The notes below the pieces were generated by a model. It made no database searches and was not told where the DNA came from. It was given only the letters and a program-made list of their open reading frames with translations. A program made the translations under genes and the position numbers. From assembly GCA_963786225.1 (NCBI GenBank), contig CAWAYQ010000024.1, positions 36,467-100,466 on the forward strand: a stretch of DNA of 64,000 nucleotides. The letters run 5' to 3'. Numbering within the stretch: position 1 is the stretch's first letter; every line of letters starts with the position of its first letter. This DNA is from an uncultured Alphaproteobacteria bacterium (GTDB lineage: Bacteria > Pseudomonadota > Alphaproteobacteria > Rhizobiales > Methylopilaceae). Of this stretch, positions 1-8,935 are shown piece after piece.

Positions 1-109
1 CGCTTTCGATTTCGATCTCGGAGAGGTCGGTTTCCTTGAGGAGCTTGGCGAGATCGCGGATCAGATCGTGGTCGATGCCGCTATCGGTGCGTTTAACGTC
101 CTTGGCCAT
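1..109 (-). CDS. accB: acetyl-CoA carboxylase biotin carboxyl carrier protein, N-terminal part (runs off window)
   Basis: Minus-strand ATG at 109 reads MAKDVKRTDSGIDHDLIRDLAKLLKETDLSEIEIES, a typical BCCP N-terminus; follows aroQ as in the usual aroQ-accB-accC order. Confidence 0.85.
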   Translation of the reverse strand, partial: MAKDVKRTDSGIDHDLIRDLAKLLKETDLSEIEIES

Positions 110-133
110 ATTCTCTTCTTCTCCCGAAGGGCG

Positions 134-577
134 TCAGTTCTTCGCGATGATGCGCGACAGGCCGTCGAGTGCGAGTTCGTAGCCGTATGCGCCGAAACCC
201 ACAACGATGCCGTGCGCGACGGGCGACACGTAGGAATGATGCCGAAACTCCTCGCGAGCGTGGGTGTTCGACAGGTGAACCTCGATCGCCGGCACCCCCA
301 CGGCCTTCAGCGCATCCCGCAGGGCGACCGATGTGTGGGTGTAGGCGGCAGGGTTGATGATAATGCCCTTGGCCTTGGTGCGGGCTTCCTGGATCCAGTC
401 GACCAGCTGACCCTCGATATTGGTCTGCCGGAAATCCACCGTCAGTCCGAGGGCTTTGCCGCGCGCCGTCACCCGGTCCTCGATGTCGTTGAGCGTCTCC
501 GAGCCATAGATTTCCGGCTCGCGCAGGCCGAGCAGGTTGAGGTTCGGGCCGTTAAGGACAAATACGATCGCGGTCAT
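134..577 (-). CDS. aroQ: type II 3-dehydroquinate dehydratase
   Basis: [33 protein letters not shown] and EVHLSN motifs. Confidence 0.97.
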   Translation of the reverse strand: MTAIVFVLNGPNLNLLGLREPEIYGSETLNDIEDRVTARGKALGLTVDFRQTNIEGQLVDWIQEARTKAKGIIINPAAYTHTSVALRDALKAVGVPAIEVHLSNTHAREEFRHHSYVSPVAHGIVVGFGAYGYELALDGLSRIIAKN

Positions 578-642
578 CTCGGGACGATCTTGGCCGGGGC
601 GAGGGAACGACGGTTCTTATACGGGCCGTGCGGAGAGGTCTA

Positions 643-838
643 CCCTCTCCTGCCCGGAACTCGGGTGCTCCCGAGTTCCGCTATCAATGGCGAAGTTGGG
701 TAGACCCAACTTCGCTGGGAGAGGGTCGAGTTGCGGTCACGCGACCGGGGTGAGGGCAGGCACGATGTTGGCGCTCATCCGTTCCGCGAATTTCGCCCCC
801 AACCCCGCTCCGCGCGGCCCTCCCCGTTCAGGGGAGGG
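643..838. repeat. boxC-like inverted-pair intergenic element (copy A) with nested twin-hairpin module at 655-715
   Basis: CCCTCTCC(643)...GGGAGAGGG(717-725)...GGGGTGAGGG, spacer, then inverted CCCCAACCCC...CCCTCCCC-GTTCA-GGGGAGGG. Confidence 0.8.
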
Positions 839-840
839 AA

Positions 841-1647
841 CTACCCGCACTCCGCCTTGCCGCATTTGCGGACATTGGCGATGACCTCTTTGAGGGTGTC
901 GGCTCCGGCCGCGCCGGGCAGCACCTGGTCGGCGATGACGTAGGTCGGCGTGCCGTTGATGTTGAGCTGGTTGGCGAGCTTGTGGACGGAAATCAAGGCG
1001 GCTTCGGTCTTGGGATCGGTCAGATCCCTGGACAGGCGGTCGATGTCGAGGCCGAGTTCGCGGGCGATCTCGATGGCGCCCGCGCCGGTGGCACTGTCGG
1101 CGGACAGGAGCTTGCGGTGGAAATCGAGATATTTCTCGGGGGCCTGGTTTCGGACGCCCACCGCGACGCGGGCGGCGTCGACCGAATCGGGGCCGAGCAC
1201 CGGAAACTCCTTCAGGACGAGCCTGAGCTTCGGATCGGTTTTCAGAAGCTCGTTGGTGTCCTCGAGCGCGTGTTTGCAGTAACCGCAATTGTAATCGAAG
1301 AACTCGACCAGAGTGACGTCGCCGTTCGGATTTCCGAGAACGACCTGGTTGTCCGAATTGTAGATTTCGGAGGACGTGGTCTTGAACACGCTGCTGCGCT
1401 TGGCGTCGGCGCTGGCCTCCTCCTTCGACTTCAGCTTCTCTGCCATCTCGCGAAGCAGTTCCGGATTGGCGAGGAGATACTCACGCACGATCTTTTCGAC
1501 AGCGGCGCGGTTTGGCGCCGCGCCGGTGTCGCCGGGCCCCGATGACATTTCCGGGGCGGGCTGCGCCACCAGATATTGCGGAAGGATCAGCAGACCGAGC
1601 CCGGCAAGGGCGGCCAGCGCGACGGCGGATATGCGCAAAGGGGACAC
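841..1647 (-). CDS. DsbA-family thiol-disulfide oxidoreductase (Com1/ScsC-like)
   Basis: Signal peptide, EFFDYNCGYCK CxxC motif, cis-Pro GTP motif. Confidence 0.9.
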   Translation of the reverse strand: MSPLRISAVALAALAGLGLLILPQYLVAQPAPEMSSGPGDTGAAPNRAAVEKIVREYLLANPELLREMAEKLKSKEEASADAKRSSVFKTTSSEIYNSDNQVVLGNPNGDVTLVEFFDYNCGYCKHALEDTNELLKTDPKLRLVLKEFPVLGPDSVDAARVAVGVRNQAPEKYLDFHRKLLSADSATGAGAIEIARELGLDIDRLSRDLTDPKTEAALISVHKLANQLNINGTPTYVIADQVLPGAAGADTLKEVIANVRKCGKAECG

Positions 1648-1680
1648 GGGTGTTTCCTTCCGGACGGAGAGACCGTCGTT

Positions 1681-3087
1681 CTATTTCAATTTCGGCGCAC
1701 GGTAGTTGACGATGTCATCAGCGCGCAACCATGTGGGCGAGCCGGTGGCGAGCTGGCTTTTGGCGCGCGCGGCCAGCTGCTTTGCGACGGGAATGTTGCC
1801 GGCCTGGAAATTGGCCTGTGCGGAAGCGAGGTCGGCATCCGCGTTCATGCCCTTGCGGCCATAGGCGATCGCGAGATTGCGATAGGCTTTCTCCGCGGAC
1901 GGCTCATAGGCTGTGGCCTGACGAAGCTCGGTCATGGCGCCGTCGAGCAGGCTCTTGTCGTTGGTAGCGACCATGGCCTCACCGAGCATCATGCGGATGA
2001 GGCCCGATTTCGGCTTCATCGACACCGCGCGGCGCAACGGCTCCATGGCCTCTCGCGCGCGCCCGTTTTCCAGCAAAGCCTGGCCCTTCAATTCCCAGAA
2101 ATAAGGATTACCCGGTTCCGATGCGATTAGCGCATCGATCTGGCGCACCGCATCGTCGATTTTGCCAAAACGGTAGGCGGAGACGGCGCGGGCATAGCGC
2201 GCGGGCAGGCTCGTATCGCTCGCGGGGTATTTGCGCGCGATGACGTCCGGCCCCCTCATGAAGGCCCAGATTTTGGCCTGCGCCATTCGATGGCGCTGAA
2301 CGAGGGCCGGATTGTCCGTTGCGTTGAAGTTCGGACTCGCATTGACGATGCGTTCGAGCAACGCGATGCGCTCGACCGGCATCGGATGGGTGACGGCGTA
2401 CGGATCGACGAAACGGGCCGTGAACATCGACTTGTCGGCGAAGCCCTTGAACGTTTCGAGCATGCCGCGGCCGGACTGTCCGGTTTTTGTGAGATAACTG
2501 ATGCCGGCTTGGTCGGCGGCCTGCTCCTGCGCGCGGACATAAGCGAGCAGATCGCGCTGGACGATGCTCCCGGGCGCGGTCGCGACAGCCCGTGCGCCGC
2601 CCGCGATCGTGCCGCCGTCCGCGCCGGCCATGGCGCCGCCCGCGACCGCCGCGGCGCCGATCAGCATGGCGATGATGGCGCGCGTCTGCGCGGCGTCGAT
2701 CTGCTGACGCAGATTTGAAAGATGGCCGCCGGCGATGTGGCCAGTCTCATGCGCAAGAACGCCGATCAGCTGGTTCGGCGTCTTGCTTTCGACAATGGCG
2801 CCGAGATTGATGAAGATGCGGCGGCCGTTCGCCACGAAGGCGTTGAACGAGAAGTCGCCGATCAGCGCGATCTCGACGACGGTCGGGTCGATATTGGCTG
2901 CGCGCAGAAGCGGGGTGGCGTAATCGCGCATCAGCTCTTCGATCTCGGCGTCGCGGACCGGCGAGAGACGATCCTTGTTTTGGGCGCGAGCGGGCGCGGG
3001 AAGGCTGGCCGCGCCCACCGCAAACGCCGTCGCCAGCGCGGCGACGCGGAAGAGAGCGGGCTTGCACTTCATGGCAGGGAACGGCAT
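1681..3087 (-). CDS. M48 family metalloprotease with TPR region (BepA/YfgC-like); start 3087 or 3072
   Basis: FNAFV, VLAHETGH zinc motif, QEQAADQ, THP motif, C-terminal TPR-like helices. Confidence 0.9.
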   Translation of the reverse strand: MPFPAMKCKPALFRVAALATAFAVGAASLPAPARAQNKDRLSPVRDAEIEELMRDYATPLLRAANIDPTVVEIALIGDFSFNAFVANGRRIFINLGAIVESKTPNQLIGVLAHETGHIAGGHLSNLRQQIDAAQTRAIIAMLIGAAAVAGGAMAGADGGTIAGGARAVATAPGSIVQRDLLAYVRAQEQAADQAGISYLTKTGQSGRGMLETFKGFADKSMFTARFVDPYAVTHPMPVERIALLERIVNASPNFNATDNPALVQRHRMAQAKIWAFMRGPDVIARKYPASDTSLPARYARAVSAYRFGKIDDAVRQIDALIASEPGNPYFWELKGQALLENGRAREAMEPLRRAVSMKPKSGLIRMMLGEAMVATNDKSLLDGAMTELRQATAYEPSAEKAYRNLAIAYGRKGMNADADLASAQANFQAGNIPVAKQLAARAKSQLATGSPTWLRADDIVNYRAPKLK

Positions 3088-3134
3088 AGCGCCGCGATGC
3101 ACGATAACAGTGGCGCAAAAGGGGCACGACGAGC

Positions 3135-4313
3135 GTGATCGACAGCCAAGAGCGCGGGCGCCGCTTTTTTCATGCCCGGCGTGCCGAGGTGGAGCCATTC
3201 ATCGCCATGGATGTGCTGGCCGCGGCGCGACGCCTGGAGGCGCAGGGGCGCTCCGTCGTGCATATGGAAATCGGCGAACCCAGCTTTCCCGCGCCTAAGG
3301 CTGCCCGCGAGGCGGCCGCCGAGGCTCTGAAGGGTGGATTGATCGGGTATACCCAGGCTTTGGGCCTGCCGGTGCTGCGCGAGCGTATTTCGCGGCATTA
3401 CCGCGATGCCTACGGCATGGAGATTCCAGCCGCCCGGATCGCGGTGACCATCGGGTCCTCCGCCGGGTTTCTGCTGGCATTTCTGGCGCTGTTCAACCCG
3501 GGAGACCGTGTCGGCATCTCCTCGCCGGGGTATCCGCCCTACAAGACAATGCTGACGGCTCTCGGCCTGGAGCCGATCGAAATCGAATCCGATGCAGAAA
3601 GCCGCTGGGCGCTCGACGGCGATGCGGTCGAGCAGGCGCATGCGAAGAGCCCGCTCGCGGGCGTGTTGCTGATGAGCCCCGCCAATCCGAGCGGGACGGT
3701 GGTCACGCCCGCGGCGCTTGCCGAACTTGCGGACACATGCCGCAGGCTCGGTATCCGTCTCGTCTCGGACGAAATCTATCACGGGCTGACCTATGGAGCG
3801 GCGGCGGAGACCGCTCTTCGCTTCGACGATCAGGCGCTCGTCGTCAACAGCTTCTCGAAATACTGGTGCATGACGGGGTGGCGGATCGGATGGCTCGTCG
3901 TGCCGGAAGAGCTGGAGCGGCCGGTGGAGCGGCTGGCGCAGAACCTCTTCATCTCGGCGCCCATGCTGTCGCAGATCGCGGCGACGGCGGCGCTCGATGC
4001 CCGGGAAGAGCTGGAGGAGGTGCGCGGGATCTACAGGCGCAACCGCGCACTGCTTCTGCGTGAGCTCCCGAAATCGGGTATGGACAGTTTCCTTCCGGCC
4101 GACGGCGCCTTCTATCTTTATGCCGATGTCGGCCGGTTCACGAACGACAGCCCGGCCTTCGCGCGTGCTCTGCTGGAAGAAGCCGGTGTCGCCGCGACGC
4201 CGGGTGTGGATTTCGATCGCGCGCGGGGACACCGGTATTTACGGTTTTCATTCGCGGGCGCGGAGGCGGAGATCGCGGAAGCGGTCGAGCGGATGAAAAA
4301 ATGGCTCCGGTAA
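3135..4313 (+). CDS. class I/II PLP-dependent aminotransferase
   Basis: SPANPSG, SDEIYHGL, NSFSKYWCMTGWRIGW. Confidence 0.93.
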   Translation: MIDSQERGRRFFHARRAEVEPFIAMDVLAAARRLEAQGRSVVHMEIGEPSFPAPKAAREAAAEALKGGLIGYTQALGLPVLRERISRHYRDAYGMEIPAARIAVTIGSSAGFLLAFLALFNPGDRVGISSPGYPPYKTMLTALGLEPIEIESDAESRWALDGDAVEQAHAKSPLAGVLLMSPANPSGTVVTPAALAELADTCRRLGIRLVSDEIYHGLTYGAAAETALRFDDQALVVNSFSKYWCMTGWRIGWLVVPEELERPVERLAQNLFISAPMLSQIAATAALDAREELEEVRGIYRRNRALLLRELPKSGMDSFLPADGAFYLYADVGRFTNDSPAFARALLEEAGVAATPGVDFDRARGHRYLRFSFAGAEAEIAEAVERMKKWLR

Positions 4314-4329
4314 TGCCGGAGCCATTTTT
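4297..4329. terminator. bidirectional intrinsic terminator between the convergent aminotransferase and rne
   Basis: Perfect inverted repeat AAAAATGGCTCCGG-TAATG-CCGGAGCCATTTTT with A/T tracts on both sides. Confidence 0.75.
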
Positions 4330-4350
4330 CGTCGGTTAAGTGCGGGAGCC

Positions 4351-7029
4351 TCAGCCGCCGCGCATCTTGTTCCACCAGCCCGACCGGCGAGGACGCGCGG
4401 GCTCTTCCACGGCGGGTGCGGGTGTGGGTTCGGGCGTGGTTTCGACCGGCGCCCGTGTGCGCCTCGGCTTCGGATCCGCCTTGGCTGCGGGTTCCGGCTC
4501 GGCTGCGGGTTCAACAGCGACAAAGACCGGCCCACGCTCCACCGGTGCGGGCGCGGAAACCGTCTCGACATCGCCGGGCATCGTGTCGGCTTCGCTGTGC
4601 GGGCCTTCGTCGCCCGCGCCTGCGGCATCACCCTCGCCACGGCCTTTGCGGCCGCCACGGCGTCCGCGACGGCGGGGACGGCGTTCTTCGCCACTGCCTT
4701 CCGGCGTGCCTTCGGGCCTGTCCGTCATGATCGCGGCCGTTGCCGACTGCTCGTCCGCCTCGATTACGCCACCTTCGATGGCGCCCTCGCTGATGTTCTC
4801 CGAAGCTTCACCTCTGAACGAGGCGGGGCGGCTCTCGCCTTGCTCGAAACGGACTTCAGCGTTCTCGCCGCGTCCTTCGCCGCCACGGCCCCGGCCGCGC
4901 CTGCGCCTGCGGCGACGGCGACGTCCGCCTTCTCCGCCTTCGCCCTGCTCAGCATGTTCGGGACGACCGCCGCCGGCGCGGTCGCCGCCGTGCGGACGGG
5001 ATTCACGGACCTGGCCGCCAGCCTCGTCACGACCAGTCCCTTCGCCGATCTCCTCATCGTCCGCGATATCGGCCTCGTCGACGTCATCGGCTACCGGAGG
5101 CGGGAGCTGGGGTACGAGCGGTGTGCCGGTGGAGGGCTCGCCGCGCTGGATCACGCAATGCTCGCCAACCCCAAGATGCTCGTCGGAGGTGAAGGTGATC
5201 TCGACGCCGAAACGCGTTTCGATATCGCGGAGATGGCCGCGCTTCTGGTTGAGGATGTAGAGCGCGACGGCGTTCGTCGTACGCACATTGATGTTGAAGC
5301 CCGACGTGCGCAGCAGGTTCTCTTCGATGATGCGCAGTACATGCAGGGCGACCGAGGGGACCGAGCGCACGCGGCCGGAGCCGGCGCAGACCGGGCAGAC
5401 ATCGGAGGACGATTCGAGCACGCCTGTGCGGATGCGCTGGCGTGACATTTCCAGAAGACCGAAATGCGAGATACGTCCGACCTGGATGCGCGCACGATCG
5501 TGCTTGAGGCAGTCCTTGAGCTTCTTCTCGACCGCGCGGTTGTTGCGGTTCTCTTCCATGTCGATGAAATCGACGACGATGAGGCCAGCAAGGTCGCGCA
5601 AGCGAAGCTGACGCGAGACTTCCTCGGCGGCTTCGAGATTGGTCTTGACGGCCGTGTCTTCGATATTGTGCTCGCGCGTGGCGCGGCCGGAGTTCACGTC
5701 GACGGCAACGAGAGCTTCCGTCTGATTGATGACGATGTAGCCGCCGGATTTCAGCGTCACGACGTTCGAGAACATCGCGTCGAGCTGGCTGTCGACGCCG
5801 TACTTGGTGAAGATCGGAACCTGCTCGCGGTAGAGCTTCACGTTCTTCGCATGGCTCGGAATGAGCATGCGCATGAAGTCCTTGGCTTCCTTGAAGGAGC
5901 CTTCGCCCGAGACAAGAACTTCGTCGATGTCCTTGTTGTAGAGATCGCGGATGGCGCGCTTCACGAGCGAGCCTTCCTCATGGACGAGGGCCGGGGCGGT
6001 CGACTGAAGCGTTTTCTCGCGCACCGTTTCCCACAGACGCAGCAGATATTCGAAATCGCGTTTCACCTCCGCCTTGGTGCGGCTCGCGCCGGCGGTGCGG
6101 AGAATGACGCCCATGCCTTCCGGCACTTCGAGATCGCCGGCGATCTCCTTCATCTTCTTGCGGTCGGTGGCGTTCGTGACCTTCCGCGAAATGCCGCCGC
6201 CGCGCGCCGTGTTCGGCATCAGCACCGAATAGCGGCCGGCCAGAGACAGATAGGTCGTGAGCGCCGCGCCCTTGTTGCCGCGCTCTTCCTTGACGGCCTG
6301 AACGAGCAGCACCTGGCGACGCTTGATGACTTCCTGGATTTTGTAATGACGCATGCGGCGCGGTTCGCGGCGCTGCGGCATTTCCTCTTCGACGTTGGAC
6401 TCGGCGCCGACGGATTCAATCTCGTCCTTGGCCTCGTCGCGAACTTCGACGACATCGCCGGAAGACGACGGTTCGGTGCCGGGTTCGGCGACTTCGGGAA
6501 CAGCCGCTTGGTCGGCCGCGGCTTCGAGCGCGTCCTTTTCGGTTTCGCCGGCTTCGCTGCCGTCTTCATCCGTTTCGTCTTCGCTGTCCCCGGCGTCGTC
6601 TTCGTCCTCTGCGGGGGCGTCCTCGCTGACGCTCTCGTCCTTCGGAGCGTCCTTGGCCTTGCCGCGTCCGCGCCGGCGGCGGCCTTTGCCGCCGTCCTTC
6701 TTTTCTTCCTCGTCCGCGTCGTCGGCGCGCGTGTCGCGCTCTTCCTCGTCAAGCAGCGCCTGACGATCGGCGACCGGAATCTGGTAATAGTCGGGATGGA
6801 TTTCGCTGAACGCGAGGAAGCCGTGGCGGTTGCCGCCGTATTCGACGAAGGCCGCCTGTAGGGACGGCTCTACGCGCGTGACCTTGGCGAGATAGATATT
6901 GCCGCGAAGCTGTTTGCGGTTGGCACTCTCGAAATCGAATTCTTCGATACGATTGGTGCCGCCGCGGACGACGACTACCCGAGTTTCCTCCGGGTGGGCG
7001 GCGTCGATGAGCATCTTGTTGCTGGACAT
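4351..7029 (-). CDS. rne: ribonuclease E
   Basis: MLIDAAHPEETRVVVV N-terminus, S1 domain with acidic insert, DVNSG and DFIDM catalytic motifs, CPVC zinc link, Arg-rich disordered C-terminus ending SGWW. Confidence 0.96.
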   Translation of the reverse strand: MSSNKMLIDAAHPEETRVVVVRGGTNRIEEFDFESANRKQLRGNIYLAKVTRVEPSLQAAFVEYGGNRHGFLAFSEIHPDYYQIPVADRQALLDEEERDTRADDADEEEKKDGGKGRRRRGRGKAKDAPKDESVSEDAPAEDEDDAGDSEDETDEDGSEAGETEKDALEAAADQAAVPEVAEPGTEPSSSGDVVEVRDEAKDEIESVGAESNVEEEMPQRREPRRMRHYKIQEVIKRRQVLLVQAVKEERGNKGAALTTYLSLAGRYSVLMPNTARGGGISRKVTNATDRKKMKEIAGDLEVPEGMGVILRTAGASRTKAEVKRDFEYLLRLWETVREKTLQSTAPALVHEEGSLVKRAIRDLYNKDIDEVLVSGEGSFKEAKDFMRMLIPSHAKNVKLYREQVPIFTKYGVDSQLDAMFSNVVTLKSGGYIVINQTEALVAVDVNSGRATREHNIEDTAVKTNLEAAEEVSRQLRLRDLAGLIVVDFIDMEENRNNRAVEKKLKDCLKHDRARIQVGRISHFGLLEMSRQRIRTGVLESSSDVCPVCAGSGRVRSVPSVALHVLRIIEENLLRTSGFNINVRTTNAVALYILNQKRGHLRDIETRFGVEITFTSDEHLGVGEHCVIQRGEPSTGTPLVPQLPPPVADDVDEADIADDEEIGEGTGRDEAGGQVRESRPHGGDRAGGGRPEHAEQGEGGEGGRRRRRRRRRGRGRGGEGRGENAEVRFEQGESRPASFRGEASENISEGAIEGGVIEADEQSATAAIMTDRPEGTPEGSGEERRPRRRGRRGGRKGRGEGDAAGAGDEGPHSEADTMPGDVETVSAPAPVERGPVFVAVEPAAEPEPAAKADPKPRRTRAPVETTPEPTPAPAVEEPARPRRSGWWNKMRGG

Positions 7030-7616
7030 GTGAGACCTTCAGTTCTGCGCGCAGCGCGGCGACACGCGGCGGAACTATAGTTTCCGCTCGGCGCGCGGCC
7101 GGCGCCAGAGGCGCGATGTTTGATTAAAATGATGTGCGAAAAGATGGCCGTCCGGCGAACTGCGCATGCGTCGAGGTTTGCCTGAACGCTCGCCATGTCC
7201 GCCTTCGACTCCAATGTGTCTGCCTGCATAAGCAGGGGCCGTCAGGCTCGCCACCGCATTTCCGCCGGGCGCTGGGATGGCCTTGCACTCGACCATGCCG
7301 GGGATCCGGCGGGCTGGTCGGGCGCCTCTGGAAAGGCGGCATCCGGAACGATCGTCACCAAAACGCACAGAGAGCAGGGTGACTGACCGCGATCACGCAT
7401 GGGCAAAGGCTTGGAAGCCATGCACGTGCGAGCCAGGGTCCTTCATATAGAAAACACCGCCTTTGACAAGCGGTTGTGTTGCTGGGGAAACACGACGGGA
7501 GGTGGAATGCAATGTTCCTCCACAGGGTCGATGGGAATAAGATTCCCGGGAGAGGCGGCTTTTCGCTAATCCTAACCCATCTAATTTCCGGTCTCCGAGG
7601 CCAATTCGCGTTCAAA

Positions 7617-8825
7617 ATGAACAGATTCGCGCTCATTTTCCTGCCGGCGATTCTCGCCGTTTCCAGCTGGGCCGGGCCGGCGACAGCTCTTGTCAGCGCC
7701 ACGGGGACCCGGCTCGGAGGTGACGCGGCCGGCACGCGGCTGATCGTCGACCTGAACGGCCCGGTGAAGCCGCGCGTGTTCACTCTGGCCGATCCCTACC
7801 GCGTCATCATCGACCTCCCGGACCTCGTTTTCGGTACGAATCCTCTGCCCCACGAGGAGCGGGGGCTGATCTCGGCCTATCGCTACGGCCTGATCGCGCC
7901 CGGCCGTTCCCGGATCGTCATCGATGCGAAGGAACCAGTGAAGGTGCAGGAGGTGCGCTCCGTCGATGCCGCGCAAGGGCAGCCGGCACGTCTCGTGATC
8001 GAACTTGTGCCGACCAGCCGGGCCGAATTCCTGACGAACATGGCGGCCCAGGCTCCGAGCGTGGAGCAGCTTCCTCCCGCGCCGACACCGAAGGTTTCTC
8101 AGGACGCGGCCGACACGCGGCCCGTTGTCGTGATCGACCCCGGCCATGGCGGCATCGATACCGGAGCCAAGGGGGCGGGGGGCGAGGAGGAGAAGAATAT
8201 TGTCCTAGAGTTTGCCCGCACGCTCAACGCCAAATTGGTCGAATCCGGCCGTTACCGGGTGACCATGACGCGTTCGGACGACAGCTTCGTCGCGCTCGCG
8301 GACCGGGTAAGGATCGCACGCGAGAACGGCGCACAGCTTCTTCTCTCGATCCACGCCGATTCGCTGTCCGACCCTTTCGGCGTGCGCGGCGCGACCGTCT
8401 ATACGCTGTCGGAAACCGCGAGTGACGCCGAAGCGGCGCGGCTCGCGGAAAAGGAAAACCGGGCCGACGTGATCGCCGGAGTCGATCTGACGGCGGAGCC
8501 GGACGAGGTCGCTGGCATTCTGATCGATCTCGCGACGCGGGAAACGAAAAGCTTTTCCACGCGTTTCGCCAACACCCTCGTCAGCTCTGTGAAGCAGGCC
8601 ATGCGGATGAACAAGAACCCCATGCGCTCTGCCGGATTCCTCGTCCTGAAAGCCCCCGACGTGCCTTCCGCGCTGCTCGAACTCGGCTACATGACGAACA
8701 AGGACGACCTCAAGCTCCTGATGTCCAAGGACTGGCGCGACAAGGCGGCCGACGCGATGGTTCAGGCGGTAGACGTTTTCTTCGGCAAACCCGGTGCGTC
8801 GGAAAGGAGCTCTTCGGGAGGTTAA
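7617..8825 (+). CDS. amiC: N-acetylmuramoyl-L-alanine amidase (AMIN + Amidase_3)
   Basis: Signal peptide from ATG 7617, DPYRVIIDLP AMIN motif, VVIDPGHGGIDTGA, SIHAD, LLELGY. Confidence 0.9.
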   Translation: MNRFALIFLPAILAVSSWAGPATALVSATGTRLGGDAAGTRLIVDLNGPVKPRVFTLADPYRVIIDLPDLVFGTNPLPHEERGLISAYRYGLIAPGRSRIVIDAKEPVKVQEVRSVDAAQGQPARLVIELVPTSRAEFLTNMAAQAPSVEQLPPAPTPKVSQDAADTRPVVVIDPGHGGIDTGAKGAGGEEEKNIVLEFARTLNAKLVESGRYRVTMTRSDDSFVALADRVRIARENGAQLLLSIHADSLSDPFGVRGATVYTLSETASDAEAARLAEKENRADVIAGVDLTAEPDEVAGILIDLATRETKSFSTRFANTLVSSVKQAMRMNKNPMRSAGFLVLKAPDVPSALLELGYMTNKDDLKLLMSKDWRDKAADAMVQAVDVFFGKPGASERSSSGG

Positions 8826-8935
8826 TTCGGGCGTGCACGCCCAACAAAATCCACAAAAGGCTTCCAAGCCCCTTCAGGTCGTAAAGCCCGTGCGCAGGCC
8901 CGAGCGATCGCCGTTTTCAGGGACATATCGCGTTC

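Noticed and set aside
4351-5100. Arg-rich/acidic low-complexity tail and acidic S1 insert of RNase E
   Set aside because: Known feature of alphaproteobacterial RNase E (disordered scaffold).
5464-6861. Long antisense/overlapping ORFs (e.g. 5464-6861, 8822-10879, 19128-20618, 35486-37366, 52409-53911)
   Set aside because: Shadow frames of high-GC genes with strong codon bias; no recognisable motifs.
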